Part shown: piece after piece, positions 37,042 to 39,261 of the stretch
Layout of the letters: each line of letters begins with the position of its first letter
How positions within the stretch are numbered: the first letter of the stretch is position 1
Origin: Candidatus Magasanikbacteria bacterium CG_4_10_14_0_2_um_filter_37_12
GTDB taxonomy: Bacteria > Patescibacteriota > Patescibacteriia > Magasanikbacterales > UBA922
DNA: 39,261 bases
NCBI GenBank assembly: GCA_002793015.1
Contig: PFPK01000046.1
Location: forward strand, 1 to 39,261
Direction: 5' to 3'
Notes under the pieces: generated by a model
What the model saw: only the letters and a program-made list of their open reading frames with translations
What the model was told of the DNA's origin: nothing
The model's database searches: none
Made by a program: the position numbers and the translations under genes

Positions 37042-38025
37042 TTACTGCTTTGTTTTTTTATAATGTTTCACTATGACATTGCCAATTTTGTATACTATCC
37101 AGATTACCAATAAATAAATGAGAATGACTGGAATATACACTACCAACCAAATTACCCACTCGACTATATACTGTAATTGATCTACCAAATCTCGCACAGA
37201 ATCTTTCACCACTCCCCAAGGTTTCCACTTGCTATCAGTATCAAGTACTGGAAGAACACTTGGGTCAGTAGATAGATAGACAGTCAATGTTGACAGGTCG
37301 GCACTTTGTTGTAAATATTTCATCCGACCTTCAATTCTATCAATGTTACTTCGGACATTGCTTAGTTCTCTTTGCACAGCCAGAATATCTTCAATTTTGA
37401 AAGCCTGTTTCATGATATTTAAAAATTGTGTTTCTGTAGCTCGCAAATTTGTCAATTGAGCATCAAGATCAACAAACTCTTCAGTCACGTCTTGTCCATC
37501 CATACGTTCAGAAACTACTTCACCATAAGTTTTGACCTCCTCGATACCTGTATCAAAAGAACCAGCTGGAATACGCACTGTAATACTACCACTCAAGAGA
37601 ACACCAGATTTATTGACGTCGCTACTGACAATGAAGCCACTTTTGGCATTGGTATATTCACTTATTTTTTTAATCGCTTCACGAACATCTTTCACAACCA
37701 TAGATATGTTGGCAGTCTTGATAATCAAGCGGTCTTGTGCCTGAATGTTAACCGCACCAGAAGCCGATGAAGCAAATACAGTATTGCCAACGGTCATTTT
37801 CATTTGACTGCCAGAAAATCCAGCTTCTTGTACAGTAGCTAAACCATGTGTTTCCTCTACGCTGTCGTACATCATCATATCTCTATCTAAAGACACCTCA
37901 CCATACGAAGAAGAATCTGTAGCAGTGGATAAGTTGTTACGTACAACATTACGTCCGATTGATAATGCAATTATAAATACTACTGCACTACTAATTAAAA
38001 GTCCTATTTTGAAATTTTTTGACAT
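37042..38025 (-). CDS. DUF4349 domain protein
   Basis: RLIIKTANISMVVKD, ITVRIPA, DVTEEFVDL, IEGRMKYL; N- and C-terminal TM. Confidence 0.88.
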   Translation of the reverse strand: MSKNFKIGLLISSAVVFIIALSIGRNVVRNNLSTATDSSSYGEVSLDRDMMMYDSVEETHGLATVQEAGFSGSQMKMTVGNTVFASSASGAVNIQAQDRLIIKTANISMVVKDVREAIKKISEYTNAKSGFIVSSDVNKSGVLLSGSITVRIPAGSFDTGIEEVKTYGEVVSERMDGQDVTEEFVDLDAQLTNLRATETQFLNIMKQAFKIEDILAVQRELSNVRSNIDRIEGRMKYLQQSADLSTLTVYLSTDPSVLPVLDTDSKWKPWGVVKDSVRDLVDQLQYIVEWVIWLVVYIPVILIYLLVIWIVYKIGNVIVKHYKKTKQ

Positions 38026-38084
38026 ATTAATTATTTTTTACCTCTCATTTTACCAATTTATGTGTCTTGACTAACCAGACCACT

Positions 38085-38291
38085 TTACTTTCTGGATGGA
38101 ACTATACCACTACAAAGCATATCTGCTCTTGTCAACAATTCATCTTCAGCATCCAGATTTCTAACTACTCTGCCCGTGTCACATTTATAACAAGGGTGCG
38201 CCCTATCTCTGCTTTTACCATTAACGTCTACATGTCTATCATGACACTCACTCACAGTCACTGCGTCATTAGTTGAGGTGTCGGGGCACAT
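38085..38291 (-). CDS. Small Cys/His-containing hypothetical protein (start uncertain)
   Basis: C-terminal part of the 104-aa ORF: MCPD...CHDRH...HPCYKC; on the majority strand and fills the gap. Confidence 0.3.
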   Translation of the reverse strand: MCPDTSTNDAVTVSECHDRHVDVNGKSRDRAHPCYKCDTGRVVRNLDAEDELLTRADMLCSGIVPSRK

Positions 38292-38431
38292 TACAATACC
38301 AGACACACAGCAAGCTATGGTGAATTTACCCCGATGGATTAAATAAGTTAACATAATATCGTAAGTTGTAAGTATACAAAATTTTATAAAAAAAAACAAT
38401 CCAATTAAGGATTGTTAAGGTGTTAAGGTGA

Positions 38432-38755
38432 TTAAACATGTTTATCCACCATTTCTTTTAATTTTTCTTTAGTCATTCCGCCAACAAGCTGATCTACCAC
38501 TTCTCCGCCTTTGATAAGAAGGAAAGTGGGAATACTCATCACTCTGTATTTTCCGGCTATAGCTTGATTCTCGTCTACATTTAGCTTGGCTACTTTTACT
38601 TTTCCGACATCATATTCACTAGCCAATTCCTCTATGATGGGTCCCATCATTTGACAAGGACCACACCATGGAGCCCAAAAATCTACCAAAACTGGCACAC
38701 TAGATTGCAAAGCTTCTGCTTCAAAATTATCGTCTGTAAGAACTAATTCCGACAT
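38432..38755 (-). CDS. trxA: Thioredoxin
   Basis: VLVDFWAPWCGPC, KLNVDEN, SIPT. Confidence 0.97.
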   Translation of the reverse strand: MSELVLTDDNFEAEALQSSVPVLVDFWAPWCGPCQMMGPIIEELASEYDVGKVKVAKLNVDENQAIAGKYRVMSIPTFLLIKGGEVVDQLVGGMTKEKLKEMVDKHV

Positions 38756-38831
38756 ATTTTTTCTTTTTTAAATTAAAAACTTTTTCTGAGTTAATTTTAA
38801 CACACGAAAAATAAAGGGCAAGTGTGGATAA

Positions 38832-39260
38832 TTAAGCTGCCTTATCTACTCTTGATTTATCCTTCATGTCAAGTACCACTTTTTTTAAGAGTGATTGCAA
38901 ATGCTTGTCAACACCACTTTTAGCAATATAATTTTCTAGTTCAGATGAAATTTCTTGATCATTTTTTTGCAAATATTCCATTACCTTGATAGTCGCAACT
39001 TCTAAGTTTCCTTTTGATTGAAAATGGATCTTAGATATTTCTTCAAGAATATTAGCATCTTCTTCTGAGAGAGAAACTTCAGTAGTCTCACCTTCTGTAC
39101 TATCAACATCGGAAGCCATAATACTGTCATTCTCTCCCTCTACTATCTGCCCATAATAAAAACTTATATCAAAAATTTCTTCATTACCATAACAGTCAAT
39201 TACTTTTAATTGATAGGAAAAACCCTTGTTACCCAAAAAGTTACCATAAATTGGATCAAC
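38832..39260 (-). CDS. Acidic hypothetical protein, 5' end beyond the window
   Basis: The frame stays open upstream of TTG 39236 to the window edge (VDPIYGNFLG...). Confidence 0.6.
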   Translation of the reverse strand, partial: VDPIYGNFLGNKGFSYQLKVIDCYGNEEIFDISFYYGQIVEGENDSIMASDVDSTEGETTEVSLSEEDANILEEISKIHFQSKGNLEVATIKVMEYLQKNDQEISSELENYIAKSGVDKHLQSLLKKVVLDMKDKSRVDKAA

Positions 39261-39261
39261 A

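Noticed and set aside
1..39261. Alternative genetic code (UGA=Gly)
   Set aside because: Conserved genes are full length in code 11, and several, including leuS and murE, end in TGA.

Overview
AT-rich chromosomal segment read in standard code 11 (TGA is a stop), with almost all genes on the minus strand. The gene repertoire (archaeal-type UMP kinase, split ComEC, MurE with a non-DNPR motif, LeuRS with inserted domains, translin homologue) suggests a Patescibacteria/CPR bacterium; this is inference. 1-7940 is an 11-gene copper/heavy-metal cluster ending in copA (truncated by the window). It is rich in uncharacterised Cys/His/Met proteins, two of which end in an identical MVGGC tail. It is headed by a near-leaderless Met/Cys-rich leader ORF whose last codons form an anti-terminator that competes with a strong intrinsic terminator placed before the first structural gene. 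This candidate copper-sensing nascent-peptide attenuator is the most novel signal in the window. Next come tRNA-Asn(GTT) split by a 311-nt group I intron at anticodon 35/36, rlmN, a RelBE-like TA pair with a relO-like operator, a SWIM protein, tRNA-Gln, ftsEX, tRNA-Thr, prsA/surA, divIC, murE, and a structured ~190-nt intergenic element beside a translin/TRAX-family nuclease gene. The remainder holds a Ca2+-type P-ATPase, mutM, tRNA-Lys, typA, tsaE, a PLD/cardiolipin synthase, pyrH, a TSP3-repeat surface protein, split comEC, leuS carrying Nudix and alpha/beta-hydrolase inserts, gdhA, a DUF4349 protein and trxA. All calls come from motif recognition by eye; no searches were run.
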